Positions 13,055 through 27,296 are shown, counted from the first letter of the stretch. The stretch: 64,000 bases of DNA from Eledone cirrhosa (GCA_964016885.1 OZ024742.1:287494001-287558000); one strand, 5' to 3'. The notes: generated from the sequence alone by a model not told the origin. Made by a program: numbers and translations.

Positions 13055-13620
13055 AGAAAAACACTCCTTCAATTTCTCCAACCTTTAAACAGGGTACTTT
13101 AGATCAACAACTATCCTTATCAAATTCTTCAATCTTTTTAGAAATAAACTACAATGTCTTACACCGATAATGGTAACACTTATGATCTTACCAACTACCA
13201 ACCCATTCCTTTTACTTCCAACGTCCAAAAGTTGATAGAGGAAATCATAAACAATCCCAGCCTTCATAAACACGAATCTCATTTCATTATTCGTGATGAA
13301 TATTACAGTTTCCGTAGATCTTGATTTAAGATCGTCTTTCAATTTTAGATCATATACTAGTGGTATCTCGACCTTGAAAACTTCAGCGAAATTTGTGATT
13401 CATTTGATACCATAAAAAATGTCGTCTGTGCTTGGCACGAGGACCTCATAGCTAAGTTGCCTGCCTATGTATAACATCCGTTTCTGGTCTGTTAGATCAG
13501 ATGTTATTGAACAAAGCGAAGCATTGCAGCATGTGTCGACGTCTCAAACTTCAACTTAAGTTTTACCAACCTACCAACTCTGGTATACTTCAATATCAGG
13601 TTATGTCTACTGCACTCTTT
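13055..13620 (+). pseudogene. Old LINE RT fragment (CR1/L2/Jockey-like)
   Basis: Decayed GN..DLTNYQPIPFTSNVQKLIEEIIN and WHEDLIAKL, resembling NYRPISLTS..K..E and VWH..L..KL. Confidence 0.55.
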
Positions 13621-15074
13621 CTTTCTCTGCACGTTAAAAGATTTGTGCTATCGCTTTTAATAACACATATTAGAGAGGAAGATAATGTAAAGTGTTTAAC
13701 GCGAGTCCTTAGAAGCTGAAATGATGTCTTACAGACATCAAATTATAAATATTTAAACTGAACATCAAACACATTAATCTCATCAATATCGGAGGGGGGT
13801 CTAGAAGAGTAAATGGGTGCTGTATCGCTTCCTTTGCTCATGCTACGGTAAACAAGTTGCTGAGGTAGAATATATATTTTAAACACGAAAAGCCAATACT
13901 TTGCAGAGGTGTCGTAGAGTCATTCGAACCACCGTTTGTATATCGCTGAAATTAAATTCATCTCACCGATATAAACATTTTTTCTTTTTCACTACTATCC
14001 TCCATGTCCTGGACTGCTGGAATAAACTGCAATTATACACTCCGATTGATTACTCCCACACCCAGGAAAAGTGGGGGTGAACAACAAGGTCTATTTCGAT
14101 AAGATTTGTACTTGGAACAATCTACATAAATAATATAATGTATTCTTTTTCGCATATTTCTTTTTTTACCATCTTTAACACATTTTACGTATCATAAAAT
14201 ATGAATTATATTTTATTGCACATATTATATGTATGAATGGCATTTATATTTAATTTCTTTCTCATTTCTCCTGAAATTGTATATTCCATGAGGATTTGCT
14301 GTTTTGGTTGAGATATTAAATATCAGTAGTGTGGTTAATTATTTCATGAATCTCAGTATACATATAATTAATAGGTCCAGTGTTTAGCATTGAATATTGC
14401 TGCATTAACTTTAAGGAGATATAAATCACCAGCCTGGTTAAGAATTTTGGAAATGCGGCAGGTTTTATATGGCATGTTATATCAATGTCTTGCTCATGGA
14501 CACAAGGAAAACACAGATGAAGGATTATAAGTTTACACACAATTTTCAATATACATTTGAGAAGCCGGATGTTTTATGTTGATTCTATAGAGGAGTTCCG
14601 GGTTTATTTACACGGCTTTCTTTTCACCACACGAAAGCAACCATTCTTTTGCTTGTTGTTGATCAAAAAGAATTCTAATTTATAAAAATATAAAATAAAC
14701 CATCACTGATTGAAACAAAATTTATTCTTTCACCACTGAGTCCAGAATGAAACACTAAAAGTTCTAAAATCAAACAGCAGTAAATTTATGATGGCATTCA
14801 AGATGGCCACTGCGCCAGGTTATTTCATTCATAACTCCCAGATATCGTTATCCTTTTACCAATTATTAATGTAATATGATATTGTATGCTAAAACAGCGT
14901 CAATAAATCCATTTATGATGTTTGAGATAGCAACCCCACGCTACGCTATTTAGTGGGTTATTTCATAATCTAACTGAACTATCTTGAGCAGGTAAAATTT
15001 CACAGTAGATATATAAATTGTATTAATGGTTTTGTGAACTTGTGTTGTTCAGCATGGTTTAATAGTTTCTGTTG

Positions 15075-15470
15075 TTAACTTCGGTTGTTCTGTAGGAGTG
15101 TGAGAGCTAGACTCTTATATCTGACATAGATAGAAGAATCCAGGCATTCGAGCACTTCAGAAGGCTGCTATTCATTCCGTCCGAAAAACACAAAACAAAC
15201 AGTTTTTTAGGCAACAAATCAACGAATACATTGACAGACAAGCAAAAAAAAAAAAAAAAAGGAAACTTACCTAGTACGGCTACGTACCTTGCCACAACTC
15301 ATTGTCTAAAACCCTCCTTCGGGGCACAGTTGAGGGCGGGCAAGGAGGTGGCAGACAAAGAAAATCTTGGTCCGACAATATCAAAGAATGGACAGGTCAC
15401 AACATCGCAACCCTTTTACGTACGACGAAGAATAGAGACAAGTAGCGACGGCTGACTATGAAAGTATCTA
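15075..15470 (+). pseudogene. RTE LINE C-terminal fragment
   Basis: GCES*TL.SDIDRRIQAFE..RRLL.I..EKHKTN and GRQRKSW.DNIKEWTG are typical post-RT RTE motifs. Confidence 0.7.
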
Positions 15471-16748
15471 GAGTGGTATCCAATGACAGGCTGCACCAGT
15501 TGCAGGCGTCTGAGCGATTGATTGGGTGTCATTTCCCAACGAATAATTAAGAAGTAAAGTAAAAATAAATAATAAAATAGATGAATTTCAGTGTTTCGTT
15601 TATAGTAAACCTATATTGCCAAATCAAATTAGCGCAAAACCTGCAGAAAATGTATGAGAAAGTATCCAAGGAAGCAAGGAATATAGTAACAACGTCAGTG
15701 TCTGTGGAAACATTGATATACAAAGCGTCGACAAGAACAATGTAAGTAATTCTACTTAAAAGTCCATAAGCCTAAAAGAGATTGTGAATCTTCGGAGACC
15801 CGGAAATACGAACAGAGATCAGCTCAGCAATCATTTAACTGCGATAATTGTGCCTTTTGTAGAATAGAAGATATTTATAATGACAAAACGGAAGATTCCA
15901 TCCTCAACTTTTTCACAAAATATGACTGACAAAGTGAAATACATCAAGTCTTGCATGATTTTCTATGCTTTACCCAAGCAGGAAAACCATGATCTTGAAA
16001 GAAAAGGATACACGAAACAGCTGCAGAATTGATCAAGAACGATATCACATTTCTGGATCATGAGACATTTTTCTCCTTAATACACGTCTCGGGCCACTTA
16101 AGCTGTTTCTTGAGAAGCTATTTACAATAAAAAATGCAAAGCTCACGACAATTGAACAATTGCGAAGTCAACAGTCAGCCAGACGCTGAATAATCATTGC
16201 TTCACTTTGACTTGGTTTAGATGTTCAACTCCCTCATAATGTTACATTGAGATTCATTGTTTCAACCTGTTGCTCAATATTGTCGAGTAAAACTTTTTGA
16301 GGGTACGTAATAAGTTTTATTGAGGATGACACATTGGTTGAAGTTAATACAACATTCACTGTCTGTTTGACAAGAAATGTATTCGAATTTAGACAATATC
16401 TTGGAGACAGTTTATCCAGTGAAGTATGATGGCTTTTGTATTCGAATTTTATAAGGTTTTCTTCATCTTTAATCAGATTAACTATCGTGACATCAAAAAC
16501 CTGCAAGAATTGGTTGCTTCGGCAAATCCCATACATAAACATAAATACGGATACACAAACACATTCAAACGCATACAGACACACACATACACATATACAT
16601 ACATACACATAAACACACGTACATACACATAAACGCACGTACATACACACAGATTCCCACACACGCACACACAGATTCATCCTACACACACACACAGACG
16701 CGCGCGCGCACACACACACAAACACACGTATACGCACACAGATTCACC

Positions 16749-16834
<86 letters not shown>

Positions 16835-17619
16835 GAAGCTCTGGCGTTATGGCATCACCAGTGTCGGCATAAGTCGGTCAAATGTTGTTCCATTTATTTA
16901 GGAACTAAACGTTAACAGGAAATATTTACCGTCTCTCTGATTGCGTGACGAAATGATTCAATGCTAGTTTTCGCTTGAAAACAACACAGAATAGACACTG
17001 GAGACATAGAAGCGAATACTAACCGATTTTTTTCTTCTTTTTATCTTTCTTTCATTGCATGTCCAAATACAGATATGTGTCAATGTTATTGTCATAGTAT
17101 TATCACCATTACCTCGATATTCAACTCATGTATAAAGATTAATTACATCGAAATGAAGACTATACAAACACACAAGTCTACATAGTAAACATGTTGTACG
17201 TAGTTATAGAAAATGTGCATGAGCGTGTGAGTGTGTGTGTGTATGTGTGAGTGTATGCGTGTGTGTGAGTGTGTGTGCGTATGTGTGTGAGAGTGAGTGT
17301 GTGTGTGTGTGTGAGTGTGAGTGTGCGTGTGATGTCACAAATAGTATTTAAAATAGCTCACCTGTTATTTCTAAAGTTAGTTGTACGGTTTTGAATAAAT
17401 ACATTTTGACAGTATAATAAACAAGAAAGACAAAATGATTAAAAGCTATACATTCTGTTCGCTTTTTTCGCGAATGGTTTAAAATATTTTTATTTATTAA
17501 AAATACGCGATTTGAATCTCGTGAATTTGCTTTACACGCCGCGTTCACGAACGCATCTTCGTGTAAAAAGCGAACACACTTAAAATATTTTTTAATGGTT
17601 TGGTCATAAAGCAGAGGTT

Positions 17620-17766
17620 ATGTCTGAGGCTGAGGCAGTCCCCGAAACCGATGATATCGACCTGCTAGACAAATATCTTGAGCAGTTGCAAGTTGATGGT
17701 TGCAGGAGCAATATTTCCAGATGGTTAACGTTTTGGGAAGAAGAGAGTAATTACTGTGAGGTCTGA
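17620..17766 (+). CDS. Candidate first coding exon or short ORF of an unknown host gene
   Basis: Non-repetitive ORF MSEAEAVPETDDIDLLDKYLEQLQVDG... downstream of a CpG-rich stretch, with possible GT donors near 17755-17761. No homology recognised. Confidence 0.2.
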   Translation: MSEAEAVPETDDIDLLDKYLEQLQVDGCRSNISRWLTFWEEESNYCEV

Positions 17767-17894
17767 GTGTGAACACGATATGGGTGGTAAAATCTAAAAG
17801 CTATGAGTGAGTCGGGAGAACCTGATGCGATGTGATACTACAGTGGACTATACACTTTGGTACAAAGGCTACTGAGTATGTGGGACCTCAGTCG

Positions 17895-18195
17895 GTTCCG
17901 ACGACGAGTGTTCCAGTTGATTCGAACCACCAAATAGCTTGTTAGTGAAATTAACGTGCAAGTGGCTAAGCATTTGACTGAAAAATACATCCGTAACGTA
18001 GTTGTCAGAGAGATTTAGTATGACATAGGGTATGACAAAACAAGTACATTGAATTACAAGTACATCTGATTTGTGCCAGCCACATGTACTGGAACAACGT
18101 GAAATAAAATGTCTGGCTCAAGGATACCATGCACCACTGGGAATTGAACTTATGTCTTTGTGGTCATGAGCCGAACACCATAACCACTAAGCCAC
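17895..18195 (-). mobile_element. tRNA-derived SINE family 2, degraded
   Basis: Reverse complement begins TGTGGCTTAGTGGTTATGGTGTTCGGCTCATGACC...TTCAATTCCCAG...CCTTGAGCCAGACATTTTATTTCACGTTG, like 33895-34135. Confidence 0.7.
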
Positions 18196-18396
18196 AAAAC
18201 AGAATAAAGAGTAGTGGGAAGAAACAGCATGTCTGTGAGTCAGAATTTAGAGTATGTGGTGACAAACTTCATGTCAATCAGTCTGTGCGTGGCCCTTTCT
18301 TGGGTGCTATCTAGAATGTCTGTATGTGAAGCAGCAGCGATGGTGAAGTGACTTGAAAGTGCTTCTTGCGTGCTTCTTATGTATTGGGATGTATGG

Positions 18397-18489
18397 TTTG
18401 TATGTGTAGCGAGTGTGTCTTTGTATGTGTAGCGAGTGTGTCTTTGTATGTGTAGCGAGTGTGTCTTTGTATGTGTAGCGAGTGTGTCT
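18397..18489. repeat. 23-bp minisatellite x4
   Basis: Unit TTTGTATGTGTAGCGAGTGTGTC. Confidence 0.9.
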
Positions 18490-19599
18490 GTTGAAGAAGA
18501 TGATCTTATAGGAGAACGTTTTCAACGTCTCTGTTCATGGAATCAATGGAGGTTTGGCATAAGGTGTCTATCTTCTATATGAATGGTATCATCTTGGTTT
18601 CATGAGAATTAAAAAATTAGCAATTTGGAAACCAAAGGAAAGAAAAATTAATATATTTTTCTAATTCTATTTTTTGAAAAGTATCATTGATGAATTTTGG
18701 AGGAAAATACATAGAGCTTAAGTGACAATATTTTGAAAAAAATATCATATCTGGCTTTTCAATCATACATAGATAAAAAATAAAACTGGAAATGTAGCGT
18801 TAATGTGGCATAACGAATTAATTAAGAAAAGAATACATCTAGCTTTTTAGGAACTTCCTTAATTGTCAATTAACATTTATCAGCCCACATTATAATCAAT
18901 TCATGGGGGATTGTCTATAGATTGTTTATTGTGTATATTTAATTTAAATATGGACAGAGAGAAAGTCAAAAGAAAATGTGTAAAAATCCCTAGCCATTTC
19001 TGATATTTTATTTTTAAAATGTCCACGATTAAATGTAATGTATACGAATCTAACCAGCATTTTATTCCCTCGATTTGACTCCCACTTTAATTTGATATAA
19101 TGAGTTAAATTCCTTTGTCTGGAATTGTAATCAAAATATAACATTTTGATCTGAAAATAATATATACAGGCATGTTGTTGTAAAAGGAAAAATTTAATAT
19201 AATTGAGCTTCTTCATTATAAGATATGTTACAATGTATGGTATAAACATAAATGTTTACTTAAACAGTCCAATAAGCTATATGTCAATTATTATGTGTTA
19301 TATATTAAATATATATTCAGAAATAACCATAGAGTAAATTCGATGTTATTCTTTTTTCAAACATGTGCCAAAAAAGGTTCCAGTTTAAGTATTTTTAAAG
19401 TTATTTATATTAGTTATTGTTAAACATGATCAGAAATATAACATCGATATCTTGAAAACATCGATAGGAATGTGAATAATTTGTATGATAAATCTTTTAG
19501 TTAAGTAAAAAAAGGAGCTGATTATCAGATCAGCCCAAGAAAATTGTTTCCATTGGTCTTTTAATTGCTGATACTATCTGCCGGTCACAACTTTTCCGG

Positions 19600-19830
19600 T
19601 GATAGTAGGCGTCAGGATTTGAACTCAGAACATACAGAACCCGAATAGATAACGTAAAGCATCCCGCCCGACTCTTAAAAAATTTCTCCAGCCCATAGAC
19701 GATGGACTGGTATTTTATTTATCAACCGCCAAAGGATGAAAGGCAAAGTTTACCTCGGCGAAATTTGAACACAGTGAACTAGATCAAATACCGAGGCATT
19801 TAATCCAACACGCCAAGTACTCAGCCGCCC
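19600..19830 (-). mobile_element. SINE family 1, two adjacent degraded copies
   Basis: GGATTTGAACTCAGAAC and GGATGAAAGGCAAAGTTTACCTCGGCGAAATTTGAAC motifs. Confidence 0.7.
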
Positions 19831-20648
19831 ACTATTTAGTTAAGTATATGTTTTAAAATACTTTAAATGATTCTTCAAATTATTATTACGCTAAGTGCTA
19901 ATGCTTATTTTTGAACTCTTTAATTATTAATTTGCTCCAGAGTAGAAAATGTATATATTTTAAATCAATTATCTCAAATAGAATGGTAAATTGAGAATGG
20001 TTAGGAACAGATTTATAACGCAGTGAAAAAAGATAATGTTACATAATGTTTTGATCAAGTTTTGCTGTTTCACGAATCTATTTCAATATTAGAATCACAA
20101 GTGTTCATGTGTATCCTTATACAGGTATTTCTCCAAAGATGATTTCTATGAAGTTTTGTTCAGAGTAAAGAAATGTTAATATCTCCAGAAAGTCCTGACG
20201 GAAGTGTGACGTAATGTTATCTGGTAAATAGTTTTTTGGGGAACTCGTTATTTTTTTCACACCATCGATATGTTTTGTCTAGAGAAATATTGCACTTGAA
20301 AGCGATCGTAAAATTGAACGACCGATATTTATATATTGTTACCAATAAAAGATAATATTTATAATGCAAAAGCCCCTATAGTACTTTAATATCATAGCTT
20401 TGCTCGTTTTATAGCTGTTATTTCACTTATGGCAGTAGACAGCGAAGCCACAAAAGAAGTAAAACGTGTTAATTCGATAAACTTTTGAGCCATGCAAACT
20501 ATACTACTTCAGGCATGAGTATTTTCATGAGACATTTTTATTATCCAGAGACGTATTTTCTATTCCTACCAAAAATCAACAAATAAATCTGTCATCTCGA
20601 CTCTATAAATGAATGCATTGCCCTCCTTTCCTCGTGCCAACAACTACA

Positions 20649-21660
20649 TACAAGGGTCGGCTGAAAGGTTCATAGGCTGACGAAAATACTCTCATGGAAT
20701 GGGACCAAATGTGGTTTATTTTTCCAACATAGTGCCCCTTGTGCTTCACACACATCTTCCATCGGTGTTTCAGTGATTGGATCCGATTGATGAAGAAGCT
20801 TTCATTTTGTTGGTAAAAAACGTCATCAATAGCAGACATGACGTCATCATCACTACGATACTGGTTCTGAGCCAAGAGGTTTTTCGTGTTGGGGAAAAGA
20901 GGATAGTCAAATGGGGCCAAAACAGGAGAATGGGGAGGGTGATCAACCAGTTCAAAACGACAGTCACGCACAGCAGCCATTGAAGCAAAGAACTTGTGTG
21001 CAGGAGGATTGTCCTGATGAAACAAGTCCCCATTCGTCAGTTTTCCTGGGCATTTGGTCTTGATAGCCTTTCTTAACTGCCTTGGGAAGTTGACATAGTA
21101 CTCTCCATTGATGGTATGGCCCTTTAGAAGATAGTCAATAAACAATGCATTCTGCATCACCCAAAACTGAGGCCATCAGCTTCGCTGCAGATGAAATAAC
21201 CTTGGCCTTCTTTGGAGCAGGCGAGGAGGGTTTTTCCACCGTATGGATTGTTTCTTTGTCTTTAGCTCAAAGTGACGAACCTAACACTCTCCCGGGTGAG
21301 GAAGCGTTCAATGAGACCAGCTGGATCTGCCTCAAACAATGTCAGATTTTCCCGTGATGTGATCAGCCTGGCGTGCTTTTGATTAGGTGTCAGAAAATAT
21401 GGCACCCACCGAACAGAAACTTTCGTCATGCAAAGTTCATTGAGCATAATCTCAACTCTCTCATGTGATATTCTATTTGATTGATAGTCAATTGCTTGTC
21501 ATCCATCACCATGTGGTGAACACGATCAATATTTTTTTTCGGTGGTAGCAGTTGCAGAACGTCCAAATCTTTGGTCATCTTAAAGATTGTCCTTTCCCTT
21601 CATAAATTCAGCTCCCCACTTTTGCAATGTTGACAATGCAATGGAAATTGATCGATACAA
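20649..21660 (-). mobile_element. Mariner (Tc1/mariner) transposase pseudogene
   Basis: KVSVRWVP..LT, IDYL.KGHTINGEYY, FHQDNPPAH and HPPHSPVLAPFDYPLF motifs. TA + CAAGGGTCGGCTGAAAGGTTCATAGGC at 20649 looks like a TIR. Confidence 0.9.
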
Positions 21661-22074
21661 TAACTACATTGTTTTCGTAAGTTTTTGGCTGGGAATGTAT
21701 TACAATTAATCCTATGCATGTGCTCCAAATGAATTTGTTGAGCAAATTGTAAACAACAGGATCGAAATCACTGGATATCGATATAAACCCTTATTATACA
21801 AACACACACACACATACATACACACATGCACACACACAAACACACACACACAGGCACACACACATTATATATATATACATTTGGGTGTGCAGATCACGCG
21901 ACTGTAATTTGTACGATTAACTTAGATAGGAATTATATCTAGGGATCCGGTTGTTACATAAAAGCTTTAGTAACCGGTTTAGAGAAAGCAGGAATTAACT
22001 ATTAGCTATTATAACAAATATATGCTGGGTGTGGCAAAAAGCATAAATAAACGACTAAAATTGTTTAGGTTTAG

Positions 22075-22330
22075 CTAATGGCGTCAAATCGTCAGCATCG
22101 ATAAAGCTGCTGATTAAAAATACCTCGGTATTTGTACCACCCTTTAATCCTGCGGTGGTTAACTTAGCTTTTCATCCTTTTCATTGATGTCGAAAATAAA
22201 GTATTAGTCCAGTACTGGGATCGATTCTTTCCCCATTTTTCTGGAAAAAATCGACTGTTTTTCCGACCTGGAGAGGGATGGGCTCTGCCAAGTTTAATAT
22301 GCCTAAGTCACGCCATTTGCCGAATAGTAA
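22075..22330 (+). mobile_element. SINE family 1 with extra 3' module
   Basis: The SINE body (TTTCATCCTTT..GTCGAAAATAAAGTA) is followed by GGGATGGGCTCTGCCAAGTTTAATATGCCTAAG, as at 23110-23400 and 32470-32725. Confidence 0.6.
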
Positions 22331-23109
22331 GATCATTTATAAATTGATTTCGTTTACAAAAACTACCCCAGGTAATCCAACCAGCCACCTCCCTGTAAAG
22401 AAGATATAAGAAATCGGATATGTTTCCGGTGTTTAGTTTCTTGTATGTCCCAGAACACTTGTTGCCTGATAGGCGGAAGTAGCCAAAGGGTGTAATCTCA
22501 ACACTATAATATATAATTACACTATTTAGAAGAGTTATAAGGATAGATTAATAGCCTTCCTTGTTCAAGTTCTTTTCGGTGTGGCCATTCATGGAAGACC
22601 CAACTGGGAGTGCTTTAAATCTATTGTCAATTGCAATTGATGTCAACAGCAGTTATAAGCTTGGCATCTAATACAGTTCGTAAGGCAGATGCCTTAATCT
22701 CGGCGATTTGCTCTACACTTTAGCTCATCGTCCAGCAAGAAAGTTCGACAAAGACTTGGGAAGACTGGATATCCAAACGAGTTCAATGAGCCCATCAATT
22801 GCAGGGGCGTAGCAATGGCTCTTGGAGTTCGGGAGGAACAAAGACACATTTGCAGAACCCACCTTAATTAACATGCATGATAAACCAAAGGAATTTTACA
22901 CCCCTTCCTACCTGTACTCATTATGCTACTCCACAGCATCAAGAATAATTCTGCTAAATATTTTTCATACAATACCGAAGAGATGAATGCTACGAGACTT
23001 ATCCCATATGTTCTTACCATATATTCCTTTGCTCAATACTATCGGCAATATATCTCTTCAGGTTTGAGAAACTGTATTCACCACACATTACATATAAGAT
23101 TATAAGACA

Positions 23110-23400
23110 CCGAACTGGCAGCAGCGTTAGAACGCCAGATAGACTTTTGCAGTATTTTTTTTAGGTTCCGTGCGCTCTGAGTTCACCTTTGCCTTTCATC
23201 TTTTCGAGCGAGGTCGATAGAAAAAAGTCTAGTCTAATACTGGGATCGATCCTTCCTCTATAACGCTTTCTCAGTTCCTTTCTCTCACTCTCTCTCCTCT
23301 TGAAAATGATGGGATTCGCCAGGTTTAAAATGCCCAAGATATGCCGTATGTCACAAGCAGGAGTTACAGTTCGTTCGTCAGAGTGACCTTCTCCTAGAGA
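23110..23400 (+). mobile_element. SINE family 1 with extra 3' module
   Basis: CGAACTGGCAGCAGCGTTAG head, CTTTGCCTTTCATC body and GGGATTCGCCAGGTTTAAAATGCCCAAG tail. Confidence 0.65.
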
Positions 23401-23584
23401 GATGTCTTAAAGAATACTAGAAGTCTCTCACATTCGTCCATCAATCTATACATCCATCCATCCATCAATCCATAAATACATCTATCCATCCACTCTATCC
23501 ATCCACCCATCCATTCATCTATCCATACATCCATCCATCCATACATACATGTATCAATCTATCCATCCATCCATCCATACATAC

Positions 23585-23970
23585 ATGGTGGCTGCCAACT
23601 CATTTTCGAGTACGGCCACTACTTTATATCCATGTAGGAGAACTCCTACCGATGCGCTGAACGAGTGTGACTTTTAGTCCAGCCAACGACTTGAAAAATC
23701 TGGTACAAACACTACACCTGTGACAATTACTGACACATAGTGCTGGGCCCATGATACCATGTGACGACAAGTGCAGAGAGATCTCCAGATATAAAGCAAT
23801 GCCTGTGTCGTGAAGCTTTTATAGTGAGCAAAGGCACTGCACAAAGCCAGTCCCACTCTCTTAACCAAGATGATATTTACCAAAAAGAAGAACAAGTCAA
23901 CATCATTGGATACCATCAGGGTTGCAGGTGTTATATCAGAGTTTTCCTTCTCCGAGAATTCTGCCTTGAC
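23585..23970 (-). mobile_element. Bipartite RTE-derived element, subfamily A
   Basis: Near-identical to 1032-1400. Flanked on both sides by (TACA)n/(ATCC)n. Confidence 0.85.
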
Positions 23971-25339
23971 ATACATACATACATACATACATACATACAT
24001 ACATACATACATACATACATACATACGTACATATAAGATCCAGTAACCTATTCGCTCTTATTTCGAACACTTTGTCAATTATAGGTCCTTTTTCTTTTTT
24101 CAAAGTTTGTGCAAAGTATCTCTTATGTCAGCAAGGAAATGTTTTATTGAAATTTACTCAATCAATTCTAAGAAAAAAAAAAGGTTCTACCAATGTTTGA
24201 TGAACAATTTAGCAGATCATAAAATATTTTTGCCACCGTGCAAATACCACAGTGGGAATCTTTAATAAGTATTTCATGTAAAGTAATGGGGGCACAGGAA
24301 ATAAGGCCGTGGTTGTAAATGTGATTTATGAGAGAACCGATTTCCCTGGTATCCTTTTTGTCGTAAACTTTCTGAATATCACAGGCACGTTTAATATACC
24401 ACTTATTGTTCGTATTGTTGAATTGTTTCTTTCTGGACCGATCACTTAACACACGCACACACACACACACAGACACACATACACACATACACACAGACAC
24501 ACAGACACAGACACACACACACTGACACAGACACAGACACATATATATATGTGTATGTATGTACATGCATACATATTTATATGCATATATAAATATATCC
24601 ATCCATCCGTACATACATACATACTTATATACACATATAAATCCCTCCATCTATCCATACATGCATTGCATACATACATACATACATACATACATACATA
24701 CATACATACATACATACATACATACATACATACATACATACATAAGCATATAATGTAAGTACTTGCAAGCTGCTCAGTATTTCGGGAAACATTGACACCA
24801 GGAAACCTACGTGTTAAACGTAGCAGCTACATCAACGCTTTTTACCCGGAAGAATTCGGAAGGCCAAGTTTGTAATGTAAGGTATGTCTTTTCTAAATTA
24901 TACATACTGTACATTATTAGCTTCACTGTGAACATTATACAAAGTCGTTACAGCAAAGGTTGTATCTTTCCTTGTGAACGCAGACATACCCAAATGGCTA
25001 TGAAGGTCGATTCACAATTATGGGCTCCAAGGATCGATAGTCACGTAGCATTCTTTGGTCAAGTGTCTTTATTATAGCCTCATATCGACCCCAGACTTAT
25101 GAATGAAATTGAGTTGATGGAATCTGTAGAATTGTATTTAGAGAAACTTTATTTTATTTTGTTATCTGTTATGCATAAACATATCATGTCAACTATATTT
25201 TACAAACAGAAGTTATACAATGATGGAAATATTTAAAAAAAAGATAAAAACAAAATTAAGTAATGAAAAAAGTGGTAAGGGTAAAGAAGGGTAGATCTGG
25301 TTGTATAGACAAGTAAATGAAAGGAATATAAATGCCATA

Positions 25340-25450
25340 AATGAGCAACGTGAAATAAAGTGTCTTGCTCAAGGACACAGTGTGCCGCCTAAATCGATTC
25401 AGGACCTTACGATCGAGAGCCAAATATCCGAACAACAAAGCCACGCGCCT
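25340..25450 (-). mobile_element. SINE family 2, 5' tRNA-like head
   Basis: Reverse complement reads AGGCGCGTGGCTTTGTTGTTCGG...CCTTGAGCAAGACACTTTATTTCACGTTGCTC. Confidence 0.75.
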
Positions 25451-25780
25451 TTACAAAGTTGATTGTATCTATTTATAATATATACAAACTCGGACTCCGC
25501 TAAACTGGCTTGTCTAATTAGCATAATAGTGCAACAATATTTGATTTATAGTGTAGTGTACAACACTGCGTTTTCTTTTAATAATTTGAAAATGTAAGAT
25601 ATAGGTATATTTGGGGAGGGCCATGTTCTAATATTGCCAATAATAATAATAAAACACACTCACTCTTTGGTTTGGTTTTCACTTCAATATATATTTTTAA
25701 TTTTATAAATAATTTAGCTGGCAATCAATATTTATCATTGATTGACCAACAGTTAAAAATATAAATATAAATATAATTTC

Positions 25781-25822
25781 TCAAAGTTCTTTCGTCACAC
25801 ATTTCTGTGACATCTTCAGTGA
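25781..25822 (-). ncRNA. Type I hammerhead ribozyme (minimal)
   Basis: TCA-CTGAAGA-t-GTCACA-gaaatg-TGTGAC-GAAAG-aa-CTT-TGA. Core boxes are intact, stem II has 6 bp, and the cleavage triplet is CUU. Confidence 0.6.
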
Positions 25823-26554
25823 TTATCGTTGTGTTTCCCCTCGTTGTGTTTCTATAAGATATACTTTATTTTTATTTCTCAGTGTACAAAAAGTAGCTAT
25901 TATTTCACTGATGAAAATGTAACTGGATGAGAAAATGATCAGAAGAAGCCCAGCTGTTGTTCTGTTCACGGAGTGTTACAACCTGTGGAGTAACTACTTT
26001 CGTTTTCACAGGAAGACTAACATTTTGTGGTTATAACAAAAAATAAAAATATATAGGTACCTTACTTTTCAAATGATCCCAATTGCTGTATAGCTCACTA
26101 TGAATTGTATATGTGTATGTATGAATGTGTGTGTATGTATGAATGTGTGTGTATGTGTGTGTATGTGTATGTATGTGTGTGTATGTATGCATTGGTATAT
26201 GTGTGTATGTGTGTGTATGTGTGTATGGATGTGTATGTGTATGTATGCGTATTATGCGTATGTGTGTGCATGAATGTTCATGCATGTGTCGGTATGTGTG
26301 CGTATATGTATGTATGTGTAGGTATGAGTGTGTGTGTGTGTATGTACGTATATGAGAGTATGTATGATGTGTATGTGTACGCATGCTCACACCAACACAT
26401 CATACATAGTGCCACATCACAGTATAATCACATTGGGTGGCAAGTTGATAATTAAGTGAGGATTTTCTGTTATGGTAATTACTTTATATCACTTCCTGCT
26501 CTGGAATTTCCTGGTGTGAAATATAGTGATGACCTAGTTTGGATGGTAAGGCAA

Positions 26555-26760
26555 ATTGGTTGGTGGTGGTGGTGGTGGTGGTGATGGTGATGGTGGTGGT
26601 GGTGGTGGTTGTGGTGGTGGTGGTGGTGGTGGTTGTGGTGGTGGTGGTGGTGGTGGTTGTGATGGTAGTGGTGGTGGTAATGATGGTGGTGGTGATGATG
26701 ATGGTAGTGGTGGTGATGGTTGTGGTGGTGGTGGCGATGGTGGTGGAGACGTTGACAGTG
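26555..26760. repeat. (GGT/GAT)n trinucleotide repeat
   Basis: Direct reading. Confidence 0.95.
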
Positions 26761-26883
26761 ACGATAATGATGATGACATCAACGATTATATGGTTATGAC
26801 TTTCACCTTCTGATATCAAATCCAGTCCAGGTCAATATGAAAACTAAACGACGAATTCTGGTTCTAGAAAAATTTCCGATTTT

Positions 26884-27246
26884 CCACCCACTCTCCGCTT
26901 ATCCCCCACCTCACTTATTCTACCACCAACCCCCTCTCCCCCCCCCACTTATTCCTCCTCCCGCTTGCCCCCCCCCCCCCGCTTATTTCAACCTCCACCC
27001 CCACTTATTCCTCCTCCACCCCCTCTTTTTCCACCTCCACACCCCACTTATTCCACCTCCCTCTCGCTTATTTCAACCTCCACCCCCGCTTATTCCACCC
27101 ACCCCACTTACTCAACCTCCACCCCCGATTATTCCACCTCCACCCCCGCTTATTCCACCTCCACCCCGCTTATTCCAACCCCTCCACTTATTCCAACCCC
27201 TCCACTTATTTCAACCCCCACCCCGCTTATTTCAACCTCCACCCCC
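26884..27246. repeat. C-rich minisatellite of about 18-21 bp (CACCCCCGCTTATTCCACCTC)
   Basis: Many imperfect units, G-tract rich on the minus strand. Confidence 0.85.
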
Positions 27247-27296
27247 AAATATAATATACATACCAACACATACATATGCCGTCTTCAGAAATAATT

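Noticed and set aside
24168-24445. Non-repetitive part of a 160-aa minus ORF as a host exon
   Set aside because: No recognisable domain or clear splice sites, and the ORF start lies in a microsatellite.
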